A stretch of 64,000 nucleotides of DNA from positions 416,001-480,000 of the forward strand of contig CAWBMV010000012.1 of the NCBI GenBank assembly GCA_963789955.1. Reading direction: 5' to 3'. The position numbers were made by a program, and so were the translations under genes. Below, one piece after another: positions 11,759 through 20,314 of the stretch (position 1 is the first letter of the stretch; each line of letters opens with the position of its first letter). Below the pieces are notes generated by a model, which was given only the letters and a program-made list of their open reading frames with translations, did not search any database and was not told where the DNA came from. Source of the DNA: an uncultured Candidatus Rokubacteria bacterium (lineage in GTDB: Bacteria > Methylomirabilota > Methylomirabilia > Rokubacteriales > CSP1-6).

Positions 11759-12612
11759 TCCCCTTCGCGAAGGGCCACGGGCTCGGCAACGACTACATCG
11801 TGATGGAGGAGAAGGATCTCAAGGCTCCGCTTTCCCAGAAGGCGATCGAGCGGATCTGCGATCGGAACTGGGGCGTGGGCTCGGACGGCATCCTGCTGCT
11901 CGTCCCCAGCCAGCGCGCCGATTTCGGGCTGCGCATCTTCAATCCCGACGGCAGCGAGGCGGAGAAGTCGGGGAACGGGCTCCGGATCTTCGCGAAGTAT
12001 CTCTGGGAGCGCGGCCGTCCGAAGAAGCCGACCTTCACGGTCGACACGAAGGGCGGCATCGTCGAGTGCCAGTGCCGGGTCGAGGGCGGGCGCATGGGCT
12101 TCGTCACGGTCGAGATGGGGCGAGCGACCTTCCGAGCGCCGGAGATTCCGATGAACGGCCCGGATCGCGACGTCGTCGCGGTCCCGCTTCAGCTCGGCGA
12201 CGGCACCACCGTGTCCGTCACCGCGGTCTCGGTCGGCAATCCTCACTGCGTCACGTTCGTCGAGCGCCTCGACGAGGCAGACTGCCGGCGACTCGGGCCC
12301 CTCATCGAGAACCATCCGTCGTTTCCCAACCGGACCAACGTGCAGTTCGCGCGCGTGGTCTCGCGCGAAACGCTGGAGATCCTCATCTGGGAGCGGGGGG
12401 CCGGCTACACCCTGGCGTCGGGCACATCGTCGTGCGGCGCGGCCTCCGCGGCCGTCAGGAACGGGCTCTGCGCTCACGGACGGGTGCAAGTCCGCATGCC
12501 CGGCGGCGAGCTGACGATCGAGGTCCGGCCGGACTGGTCGCTTCGCCTGGATGGTCCCGTCGAGGAGGTGTACCAGGGCGCTCTGTCCGCGGAATTCGCG
12601 GCGTCACTATGA
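11755..12612 (+). CDS. dapF: Diaminopimelate epimerase-like protein; both catalytic Cys positions are Ser
   Basis: K.HGLGNDY, G.DG, FNPDGSEAEKSGNG, GNPHCV, FP.RTNV, ERGAG.TLASGT. Confidence 0.8.
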   Translation: MIPFAKGHGLGNDYIVMEEKDLKAPLSQKAIERICDRNWGVGSDGILLLVPSQRADFGLRIFNPDGSEAEKSGNGLRIFAKYLWERGRPKKPTFTVDTKGGIVECQCRVEGGRMGFVTVEMGRATFRAPEIPMNGPDRDVVAVPLQLGDGTTVSVTAVSVGNPHCVTFVERLDEADCRRLGPLIENHPSFPNRTNVQFARVVSRETLEILIWERGAGYTLASGTSSCGAASAAVRNGLCAHGRVQVRMPGGELTIEVRPDWSLRLDGPVEEVYQGALSAEFAASL

Positions 12613-13172
12613 AGCGGATCTGCGTCTTCTGCGGCGCGGCGGAGGGGGCGCGGCCGGCCTACGCCGAAGCGGCGCGCCGCTTCGGGGCCGAGCTGGTGTC
12701 GAGGGGCCTCGGTCTCGTGTATGGCGGGTGCGCGATCGGGATGATGGGCATCCTCGCCGACACGGTGCTGGCTCGCGGCGGCGAGGTGATCGGTGTCATT
12801 CCTCAGCGGCTCGCGTCCCGCGAGCTGGCCCACACGGGTTTGACCGAGCTGCGCGTGGTCGACTCGATGCACGAGCGCAAGGCGACGATGGCCTCGCTCG
12901 TCGACGGGTTCGCCGTGCTGCCGGGCGGGCTGGGCACCCTGGACGAGACGTTCGAGGCGCTGACCTGGTCCCAGCTCGGCATTCACGGCAAGCCGGTTGG
13001 CGCCCTCAATGTCGAGGGCTACTGGGACGGCCTCCGCGGGTTGATCGAGCACGCCGTGCGCGAGGGCTTCGTGAGCCCGCGGTACGCCGGGCTCTTGCTC
13101 TTCGCCGACACGCCGGCCGCGCTGCTCGACGGCTTCGCGGCCTGGAGAGCGCCGGAAGTGCTGCGCGCCTGA
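12609..13172 (+). CDS. LOG family nucleotide phosphoribohydrolase (TIGR00730)
   Basis: MKRICVFCG, LVYGG, MHERK, PGGLGTLDE; ATGA overlap with the dapF-like gene. Confidence 0.92.
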   Translation: MKRICVFCGAAEGARPAYAEAARRFGAELVSRGLGLVYGGCAIGMMGILADTVLARGGEVIGVIPQRLASRELAHTGLTELRVVDSMHERKATMASLVDGFAVLPGGLGTLDETFEALTWSQLGIHGKPVGALNVEGYWDGLRGLIEHAVREGFVSPRYAGLLLFADTPAALLDGFAAWRAPEVLRA

Positions 13173-13173
13173 C

Positions 13174-13914
13174 TCACGCGCGCCGAGCCCGGCCGCGCGG
13201 CCGACTGGGCGCGAGCTTTGCCAATGCCGGCATCTCCTCGAGCTGCTCTGCCGAGAGCTCCTTCCAGAAGATCGCCGCCGGCTTCTTGCGCTGCCGCCGA
13301 ACCCGGATCACACGGTCCGGGGTGACGACGAGGTCGAGCGGCACGTCGTGGGCGGTCATCGGGATCGGGTCGTCGATGACCTGGAGCTCGTGCACGGTGG
13401 AGACCACCGGAGTGTCGTCGTCGACGAGTCCGAGCGAGTGTGCCAGGGCGTATTCCAAATCACTGTAGCCGCCGCCCTTGCCGAGCCGCGCGCCGGTCCG
13501 ATTGACGGCGACGCTGCCGGCCACGACGAGATCGATCCGGCCGATCTGCCCGGGCAACACCGGGACGCCAAAGGTCGAGGCCCCCTTGATCGTGGCGGCC
13601 TGCGTCAGCTTCCCTCCGAGTGCACGCGGGTCCAGCCGCAGGAAGCATCGCTCGGCGCGCAGGCGCGGCACCGCCATGACAACGGTCTTGCCCTCGCGCA
13701 GGGCCGCCAACCTGACGGCCCGCTGGGGAGCATCCGGATTGCACTTGATTCGGCGCGCCGCCTTCCACTCCGGTAGCTCGGTCAACCGCTGCGCCGCCAC
13801 CTCGGCGCCTGCGAAATTCGGGATGCGATCGTGCAGAGGCAAGGGAAAGCGGCCGACCCGACGCTCGGTCAGGAGCGCCCAGATCCGGTCGCGGATCTCC
13901 TGCTTGTCGTTCAG
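13174..13914 (-). CDS. 5-formyltetrahydrofolate cyclo-ligase-like protein (MTHFSD-type); start uncertain
   Basis: K..IR..IW, RIPNF.GA, K.NPD.PQ, GSVAV, RLGKGGGYSDLEY, HDVP.D...TP; frame is open back to a CTG at 13914. Confidence 0.85.
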   Translation of the reverse strand: MNDKQEIRDRIWALLTERRVGRFPLPLHDRIPNFAGAEVAAQRLTELPEWKAARRIKCNPDAPQRAVRLAALREGKTVVMAVPRLRAERCFLRLDPRALGGKLTQAATIKGASTFGVPVLPGQIGRIDLVVAGSVAVNRTGARLGKGGGYSDLEYALAHSLGLVDDDTPVVSTVHELQVIDDPIPMTAHDVPLDLVVTPDRVIRVRRQRKKPAAIFWKELSAEQLEEMPALAKLAPSRPRGRARRA

Positions 13915-15053
13915 GTCCTAGCTCTTTGCCGGCAATGGGCTCGAGCCGCTCGAGCCGCACCGCGTGCTCCGACGTCGCCCGCCTGAAGGCATCGGCGACC
14001 TTGACGGCGCACCATCCGGACGCGAGAGCGCACACCAGCGCGGCGACCAGCGCGAGCGCAAGGTCAGCCGCAGACGGAAGCGCGTGACTCAGTGCGGGCA
14101 CGCGGCCGAGCACGGCCGCCGAGGTGGCGACCAGGGCCAGGCCGAAGACCGCGGAGCCGAGCCGCCAGCGGCGCAACGTGTCCGCGAAGGCCATCAGCGC
14201 CGCCGGCACGATTGGAATCAGGCGAAGGATCATCGATCGCCCGGGCACCGCTGCCGTTGCGGCGCGCCATCTCATGAGCTATGGCGACAGGGGAGGTCGG
14301 ATCGGCGGCGATCGCCTCCTCGATCGTCGAGGTCGGCTCGAGCAGCGCGAAGCCGAGGTCTCCGATCAACAGGATCGAGATCTGCACGAGCAGGGCTCCG
14401 ACGGTCAGGGCGAACGGCATCCCGCGACTTGTCCCAAGCCGCGCGACCAGGACCAGCGCGAACGTGAAGAACAGCGCGCCGAGCACCGGAAAGCTGAAGA
14501 AAAACACCGAGCCTCGACGAAAGGCCGTCTGGACCGACTGATCCACGGCGATGTAGAACGTCCCCAGCAGAAACACGCCGCTCGTCACGAGCGCCCACCA
14601 GCGCGCCCATCCGGCCGCGTAGACCTCGAGCGCGATCAGCAGCGTGCCGAGGTTCGAGACCTGGGAGCCCGCGAGCCCGAGCAGGTGGGGCGGGCTCCAG
14701 AGGGTCACGTCGAGCCCGAAGAGGCGGTGCCACAAATCGTCGACGGGCGCGGCGAGGATGACGATCGCCATGCCCCACCACGCCAGATGGAAGCCGCGCG
14801 TGCCGCGGAGCCCGACGATCGTCACCGTGCCGGCCGACGCCGCGCCGCCTCGCGCCCGCCACGTCTCGACGACGAGGACACCGAACGAGATCGCGCACGC
14901 GACGACGACGGATGCGTAGGTCATGACGTGTGGGGCGATCCAGAACGAATCGCGCCCGATGATGAGGTGCCAGCGGATGTCCCAGCCGACGCCCCAGCCT
15001 CCGACCAGCTTCGCGGCGAGCAACGCCCAGAGCGCGCGGCGCCGAACGATCAT
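13915..15053 (-). CDS. Multi-pass membrane protein with twin DxxWH...H motifs, PmoC/AmoC-like (frameshift near 14240; 3' end uncertain)
   Basis: WDIRWHLIIGRDSFWIAPH and VDDLWHRLFGLDVTLWSPPH; about 9 hydrophobic helices; C-terminus continues in ORF 13460-14275. Confidence 0.7.
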
Positions 15054-15085
15054 CGGCACGACGCCATGATACACTGCGCGCCGCA

Positions 15086-15457
15086 GTGATTGCCTCGTGG
15101 TGCTGGGACCTCATCGAGCCGTATCTCAAGCGCAACCTGCTCAATCGCGGCGTCGAGCGCCCGAGCCGCCGCGAGATCCTCGAAGAGTTCGCGCGGGTCT
15201 GGCCCGACTTCACGGCGACCATCGGAGTGCAAGAGCCCTGGGCCGGAACGATCCGCTTCAAGTGGCTGGTACGCTTGCCCTCGGGAGAGATGGAGTCGTT
15301 CCTGGACGATCCGACGGGCTGGATCGGCCATCGCTACGGGGGCGGCAAGTTCAAGATGAACCTGCACCACGGCCTGCACTTCGTGAACACGCGCAACTTC
15401 AAGCCCGAAGGCGATCCGCTGTGGCAGAGCTCGCCGGCGCTCGACGTGGACGCCTGA
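15086..15457 (+). CDS. Hypothetical protein (123 aa)
   Basis: Globular-type composition and coding-like codon use; TACACT -10-like box at 15070-15075. Confidence 0.7.
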   Translation: MIASWCWDLIEPYLKRNLLNRGVERPSRREILEEFARVWPDFTATIGVQEPWAGTIRFKWLVRLPSGEMESFLDDPTGWIGHRYGGGKFKMNLHHGLHFVNTRNFKPEGDPLWQSSPALDVDA

Positions 15458-15492
15458 GCGCGCCCGGCGGGGAGGGAAGACGTCGATGTCGA

Positions 15493-15669
15493 GTGACGAG
15501 ACGCGACCGCGTGCTGAAGCTCTTCGGTGTGGCGGTGACCAGCCTCGAGGAGGCGATCGACAACCGCGCGCCGATGGACGAGGTGATGAAGTGGGATCGC
15601 GAGGTCGCCGATCGGACGCGCGAGGTGCTCGCCCTCGTCGAGCGCCTGCGGAGCCGGCGGATCGGCTGA
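15493..15669 (+). CDS. Small helical hypothetical protein (58 aa)
   Basis: MTRRDRVLKLFGVAVTSLEEAID...; purine-rich SD upstream; TGATG overlap with the next gene. Confidence 0.65.
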   Translation: MTRRDRVLKLFGVAVTSLEEAIDNRAPMDEVMKWDREVADRTREVLALVERLRSRRIG

Positions 15670-16493
15670 TGGCCGCGCGTGTCGACGCCTCGGGCGTGGC
15701 CGTCGAGCTGGCGCGGCCGCCCCGGCGAATCGTCTCGCTCGTCCCGAGCATCACCGAGACCCTGTGCGGCCTCGGGTTGGCCGACGCGCTGGTGGGGATC
15801 ACCGTCTACTGTGTCGAGCCGCGCGACGTGGTCAGCACCAAGACCCGCATCGGCGGCGAGAAGAATCCCGACCTCGAAAAGATCCGCGGGCTCGAGCCCG
15901 ATCTCGTCATCGCGAACATCGAAGAGAACCTGCGTGACCACGTCGACACGCTCCGCTCGTGGTCGATTCCAGTGTGGGTCACCTATCCGCGCACGGTCGC
16001 CGAGGGCATCCGACTGATCGCCGAGCTGGGGTCGGTGACGGGCACCGAGGCGCGCGCCCGCGCCATGCTGAGCGACATCGAGCCGCTCTACGAGCGCGTC
16101 GTGACGAGCGCGGCGCGGCGGCCTCCGGTCGCCGTCTTCTACCCGATCTGGCGCGGGCCGTACATGACGATCAACCGCGACACGTACATCCACGACATGC
16201 TCCGCGTCTGCGGGGGACGCAACGTGTTCGCCGATCGCCCGGAGCGCTATCCGACGGTGACCCTGGACGAGGTCGCGGCGCAGCGGCCGGCGGTGATCCT
16301 GCTGCCGGACGAGCCGTTTCGATTCAGACGCGCGCACCTGGCTGATTTCGCGGGATACGCCGATGTGCCCGCGGTGCGGGACGGGCGAATCCACCTCGTG
16401 GACGGGAAGCCCTTCTCCTGGCACGGGCCCCGGATCGCGGACGCGTTGCGCCGGCTGCCCGGGCTGATCGATCCGGCGGCTACGACTTCTTGA
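15669..16493 (+). CDS. BtuF/TroA-like helical-backbone metal or cobalamin-binding protein, no signal peptide
   Basis: RIVSLVPSITETL..LG, G.T.YC..P, GG.KNP, PDLVIAN.EEN, LVDG..FSW.GPR. Confidence 0.85.
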   Translation: MAARVDASGVAVELARPPRRIVSLVPSITETLCGLGLADALVGITVYCVEPRDVVSTKTRIGGEKNPDLEKIRGLEPDLVIANIEENLRDHVDTLRSWSIPVWVTYPRTVAEGIRLIAELGSVTGTEARARAMLSDIEPLYERVVTSAARRPPVAVFYPIWRGPYMTINRDTYIHDMLRVCGGRNVFADRPERYPTVTLDEVAAQRPAVILLPDEPFRFRRAHLADFAGYADVPAVRDGRIHLVDGKPFSWHGPRIADALRRLPGLIDPAATTS

Positions 16494-16629
16494 GCGGCAG
16501 GATCCAGTCGAGCCAGGGCGCGGCGGCGGCCATGAACAATCCCGGGATCGCGACGCCCGCGACGAGGCCGACGATCGACAGGAAGACCAGCGAGATGAGC
16601 ATCACGCAGAGGTCGAGCAGCAGCGCCAT
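16480..16629 (-). CDS. Small membrane protein (49 aa), absent from the ORF track
   Basis: MALLLDLCVMLISLVFLSIVGLVAGVAIPGLFMAAAAPWLDWILPLKKS; GAGG upstream; 4 nt downstream of the RidA-family stop. Confidence 0.6.
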   Translation of the reverse strand: MALLLDLCVMLISLVFLSIVGLVAGVAIPGLFMAAAAPWLDWILPLKKS

Positions 16630-16633
16630 GGCC

Positions 16634-17095
16634 TCACTCTACCTCGAGAACCATCTCGATCTCGACGGGAATGTTCACGGGTAGCCCGCCCATGCCGACC
16701 GCCGAGCGCGCGTGCTTGCCGATCGCCTCGCCGAACACCTCGACCATCAGGTCGGAGAAGCCGTTGATCACCTTGGGCTGGTCGCCGAAGCCGTCCGCCG
16801 AGTTCACCATGCCCAGCACCTTGACGACGCGGCGGACCTTGTCGAGGCTGCCGAGGTTGGCGCGCACCGTGGCGAGAAGCGCGAGACCGACTTCGCGCGC
16901 GACCTGATAGCCCTGCTCGACCGTGAGATCCTTGCCGACCTTGCCCTGCGAGGTCGCCTTGCCGTCGCGAATCGGACCGTGGCCCGAGACGAAGAGGAGA
17001 TTGCCGGTCCGCACGGCGCCCACGTAGTTCGCCAGCGGGCTGGTCGTCTTCGGCAAGGTGATGTTCTTTTCTTTCAGTCGTGCTTCGGCGCTCAT
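16634..17095 (-). CDS. RidA/YjgF family protein
   Basis: ANYV, LFVSGHGP, G.VNS, VINGFSDL, GKHARSAVG, LP..IPVEIE; SD GGAGG. Confidence 0.9.
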   Translation of the reverse strand: MSAEARLKEKNITLPKTTSPLANYVGAVRTGNLLFVSGHGPIRDGKATSQGKVGKDLTVEQGYQVAREVGLALLATVRANLGSLDKVRRVVKVLGMVNSADGFGDQPKVINGFSDLMVEVFGEAIGKHARSAVGMGGLPVNIPVEIEMVLEVE

Positions 17096-17151
17096 ACGTC
17101 GTCCTCCACGAAGTGCATGACAGCGGCCGCGCCATCGTGGCACACTACCTC

Positions 17152-17953
17152 GTGTCCGTCAAACCTGCGCCGGTGACGCCGGTCCCGGCCGCCACGCTCG
17201 TCCTCTTCGCGAAATCGCTCGGCGGGCGCGTTCGAGGTCTTGTTGATCCGCCGTCACACCGCGAGCAAGTTCGCCGCCGGCGACTTCGTGTTTCCAGGCG
17301 GCAAGATCGAGGTCAGCGACGGCCCCGACGATGCCGCCGCCTGGTGCCGGAGCATCGACGCCGCGCAGGCCGCGCGCCGGCTCGGCCTCGCCGCGGCGCC
17401 GTCGGCGGCGCTCGGCCACTGGGTGGGCGTGATTCGCGAGACGTTCGAGGAAGTGGGGATCCTGCTCGCCTACGCGCGCCGACGGCCGGCCTGTCCGCCT
17501 CGACCGCGAGCGGTACGCGGCGTATCGACGCGCGTGTCAGGCCGATCACCGCGCGTTCTGGGAGATGCTGCGCGCCGAGCGCCTGACCCTGGCGACCGAC
17601 ACACTCGTGTACTTCGCCCACTGGATCACGCCGGAGGTTCAGCCGCTGCGCTTCGACACCCGCTTCTTCGCCGCGACGATGCCCGAGGGGCAGGAGGCCA
17701 TCGCCGACGAGCGCGAGATCACCGAGGTGCGATGGCTGACACCGGGCGAGGCGATCGACGGCGAACGCGCGCGGGCAGCTCTCGCTCCGCAATCCGACCG
17801 TGAAGAATCTGCAGCTCTTCGACGGCGCCGCGACGACCGCCGCGGCGCTCGACGCGACTGAACGGGCGAGAGGTGCGCACGATCCTCCCGCGGGTGATCA
17901 TCGAGGGCGACAAGCGACGCGTGATCCTGCCCGGCGAGCCCGGCTACTTCTGA
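17152..17953 (+). CDS. NUDIX hydrolase, NUDT19-like (multiple frameshifts)
   Basis: PAATLVL, FVFPGGK, IRETFEEVG, HWITP...RFDTRFF, spread over three frames. Confidence 0.8.
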
Positions 17954-17974
17954 TCGCCCGCTAGCACCCTGCCG

Positions 17975-19216
17975 CTATCGCGTCGCGCCCTGTCCTGGCT
18001 GACGCGCGTTCACCAGCACCGCCATGTTGCCGTAGGGGTGCTTGTTCTCGAGCATCAGCTGGTGGCATTCGGGGATGTCGTCGTACGCGTAGGTGTGACT
18101 GAGGCACGGATCGACCTTCCCCTCGCTCACGAGCTTCGTGACGTCGGCGGCCTGCGGATCGTTCGAGAGATGGCTGCCCTGGAACCGCTTCTGGCGCATC
18201 CACTGATAGCGCAGGTCCATCGTCGCGGTATAGCCGGTGGTGCCGGCGCAGATGACGACCATCCCGCCCGTCGAGCACACGAAGACCGACGTCGGTAAGG
18301 TCGACTCGCCCGGATGCTCGAAGACGATGCGCGGGCTGACCCGCTCGCCCAGACCATCCCAGATCGCCTTGCCGAACGCGCGCGCGCCCTTCGCCCACTC
18401 GCCGTAGGCCTTCGTGTCCGCCGTGTTCGGCATCGCGCCCCAGTGGCTGAACTGGTTACGGTTGATCACCGCCGCCGCGCCGTGCTCCTGGCAGAACTTC
18501 CGCTTCGCGTCGTCCGAGACGATGGCGACCGCGCGACCGCCGACGGCGCGCGTGATCTCGAGCGCCATGCTGCCGAGGCCGCCCGCCGCGCCCCAGACGA
18601 GGACGACGTCGCCCGGCTCGATGACGTGGGGCGGCCAGCCCATGAGCATCCGGTAGGCGGTCGAGGCGCAGAGCAGGAAGCAGCCGGCTTCTTCCCAGGT
18701 GAGCCGCTTCGGCTTCGGCACGCACTGATGGGCCTGGCAGCGGGCGAACTGGCAGAAGCTTCCGTAGTTGGTCTGATAGCCCCAGATGCGCGTGCTCTCG
18801 GCGAGCATCGGATCCTTGCCCGAGCGGACCCACGGATCATCGGGCCGCCACCATCCGCTGTGCACGATCACCTCGTCGCCGACCTTGACCGTCTTCACGT
18901 CGCGGCCGACCGCCCACACGATTCCCGAGCAGTCGCTGCCGCCGGCGTGGAAGTCTTCGGGCTCGCCGGCGCGCTGCCGCTCGGCGATCACGTCGACGGG
19001 CGTGCCGAGGGCGGCCCAGACGTTGTTGTAGTTGATGCCGGACGCCATGACGTAGACGAGCACCTCGTCGGGTCCGAGCGTCGGCGTCGGGATCACCTCG
19101 CGGCGCCACGCGTCGCGGGGCTGGCCGAATCGATTCTGGCGGACCAGAAAGGCGTGCATGCGGGTGGGAACTTCGCCGAGGGGCGGCCGCTCACCGAGCT
19201 CGCAGAGGTCGATCAT
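17975..19216 (-). CDS. ccrA: Crotonyl-CoA carboxylase/reductase
   Basis: GINYNNVWAALG, FH.GGSD.SG, IWGYQTNYGSF.QF, FEHPG, CAGTTGY, WMRQKR.QGSH. Confidence 0.88.
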   Translation of the reverse strand: MIDLCELGERPPLGEVPTRMHAFLVRQNRFGQPRDAWRREVIPTPTLGPDEVLVYVMASGINYNNVWAALGTPVDVIAERQRAGEPEDFHAGGSDCSGIVWAVGRDVKTVKVGDEVIVHSGWWRPDDPWVRSGKDPMLAESTRIWGYQTNYGSFCQFARCQAHQCVPKPKRLTWEEAGCFLLCASTAYRMLMGWPPHVIEPGDVVLVWGAAGGLGSMALEITRAVGGRAVAIVSDDAKRKFCQEHGAAAVINRNQFSHWGAMPNTADTKAYGEWAKGARAFGKAIWDGLGERVSPRIVFEHPGESTLPTSVFVCSTGGMVVICAGTTGYTATMDLRYQWMRQKRFQGSHLSNDPQAADVTKLVSEGKVDPCLSHTYAYDDIPECHQLMLENKHPYGNMAVLVNARQPGQGATR

Positions 19217-20229
19217 GCGTTGAATTCCTTGATGAACCGGGGGAGCCGAGGATCATCGAGCCCCGGCTGATAGGGTTGATAGAGCGCCGTGCTGTCGAGG
19301 AGCCCGGTGTAGCGGGCTTTGAGCTTGGCGCCGACCGTGTCGTAGCTTCCGGTGACCGCGAAGGTGTCGAGCATCTCGTCGGTGATCAGGTCGGCCATGC
19401 CGGCCCAGTCGCCTTCGACCGATTTCCGGTGAAGGGCCGGCGTCAGATCCTGCCAGCCGTGGGTCGCGAGCACGGGCTCGTAGGTCCGCGTCGAGGCATA
19501 GAAGGCGATCTGCTGCTTCACCGCGCGGCGATTCTTCGCCAGCTCCTCCTCGGTGTCGCCGACGACGACGAAGCTCGAGGTCGTGTAGGTGAAGTCCGAG
19601 CGCTTGCGGCCCGAGGTGCGCAGCCCCTCTTCCACGGCCGGGTGGACGTACTCGCGCAGGTACTTCGGGCTGTTGAACGGGTGCACGTGCAGGCCGTCGC
19701 ACACCTCGCCGGCGATCCGGCACATGTAGTGATTGACGCCCGCGATGTAGATCGGGACCTTCGGGTTCGCGATCGGCCCGGGATTGAAGAACGGCGTCAT
19801 CAGGTCGAAGCGGTAGAACTGGCCCTTGAAGGCGAGCTTGGTCCCGTTCTGCCAGCAATCCCAGATGTGCCGGAGCGCCAGGACGATCTCGCGCATCTTC
19901 GGTCCGGGTGACTCGAACTTCACCGAGAAGCGCCGCTCGTTGTGACCCTTGACCTGCGTGCCGAGGCCGAGGATGAACCGGCCGTCGGAAGCCTTCTGCA
20001 GGTCCCATGCGATGTGCGCGATGATCATGGGACTGCGCGGGAAGGCCACGGCGATCGCGGTGCCGAGACGGATCGACGAGGTGACCCCGGCGGCGACGGC
20101 GAGCGGAAGAAACGGGTCGTGCTGCGTCTCGGAGGACCACAGACAGTCGTAGCCGAGCGCTTCGACCTTTCTCGCGTACGCGGGGATCGACTTCAGATCG
20201 TGCGTCAGCATGCCGACGTCGAGCTTCAC
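19213..20229 (-). CDS. LLM-class, probably F420-dependent oxidoreductase (TIGR03617-like)
   Basis: ET.HDPF, AVAFPRSP, LGLGTQVKGHNERRF, LMTPFF.P, IAFYAST; SD GAGGAG before GTG at 20229; ATGA overlap with ccrA. Confidence 0.88.
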   Translation of the reverse strand: MKLDVGMLTHDLKSIPAYARKVEALGYDCLWSSETQHDPFLPLAVAAGVTSSIRLGTAIAVAFPRSPMIIAHIAWDLQKASDGRFILGLGTQVKGHNERRFSVKFESPGPKMREIVLALRHIWDCWQNGTKLAFKGQFYRFDLMTPFFNPGPIANPKVPIYIAGVNHYMCRIAGEVCDGLHVHPFNSPKYLREYVHPAVEEGLRTSGRKRSDFTYTTSSFVVVGDTEEELAKNRRAVKQQIAFYASTRTYEPVLATHGWQDLTPALHRKSVEGDWAGMADLITDEMLDTFAVTGSYDTVGAKLKARYTGLLDSTALYQPYQPGLDDPRLPRFIKEFNA

Positions 20230-20314
20230 GGGCTTCTCCTCTCGAGGGCTGTCCGACGCCATTGTAGCGGACTGCGTGAAACCGCGACAGGTGCTGCGCC
20301 GGCGATGGAGCGCC

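Noticed and set aside
13915..15053. Bona fide pmoC/amoC implying methane or ammonia oxidation
   Set aside because: Visible similarity is limited to the metal motifs, the protein has extra helices, and there are no pmoA/pmoB genes.
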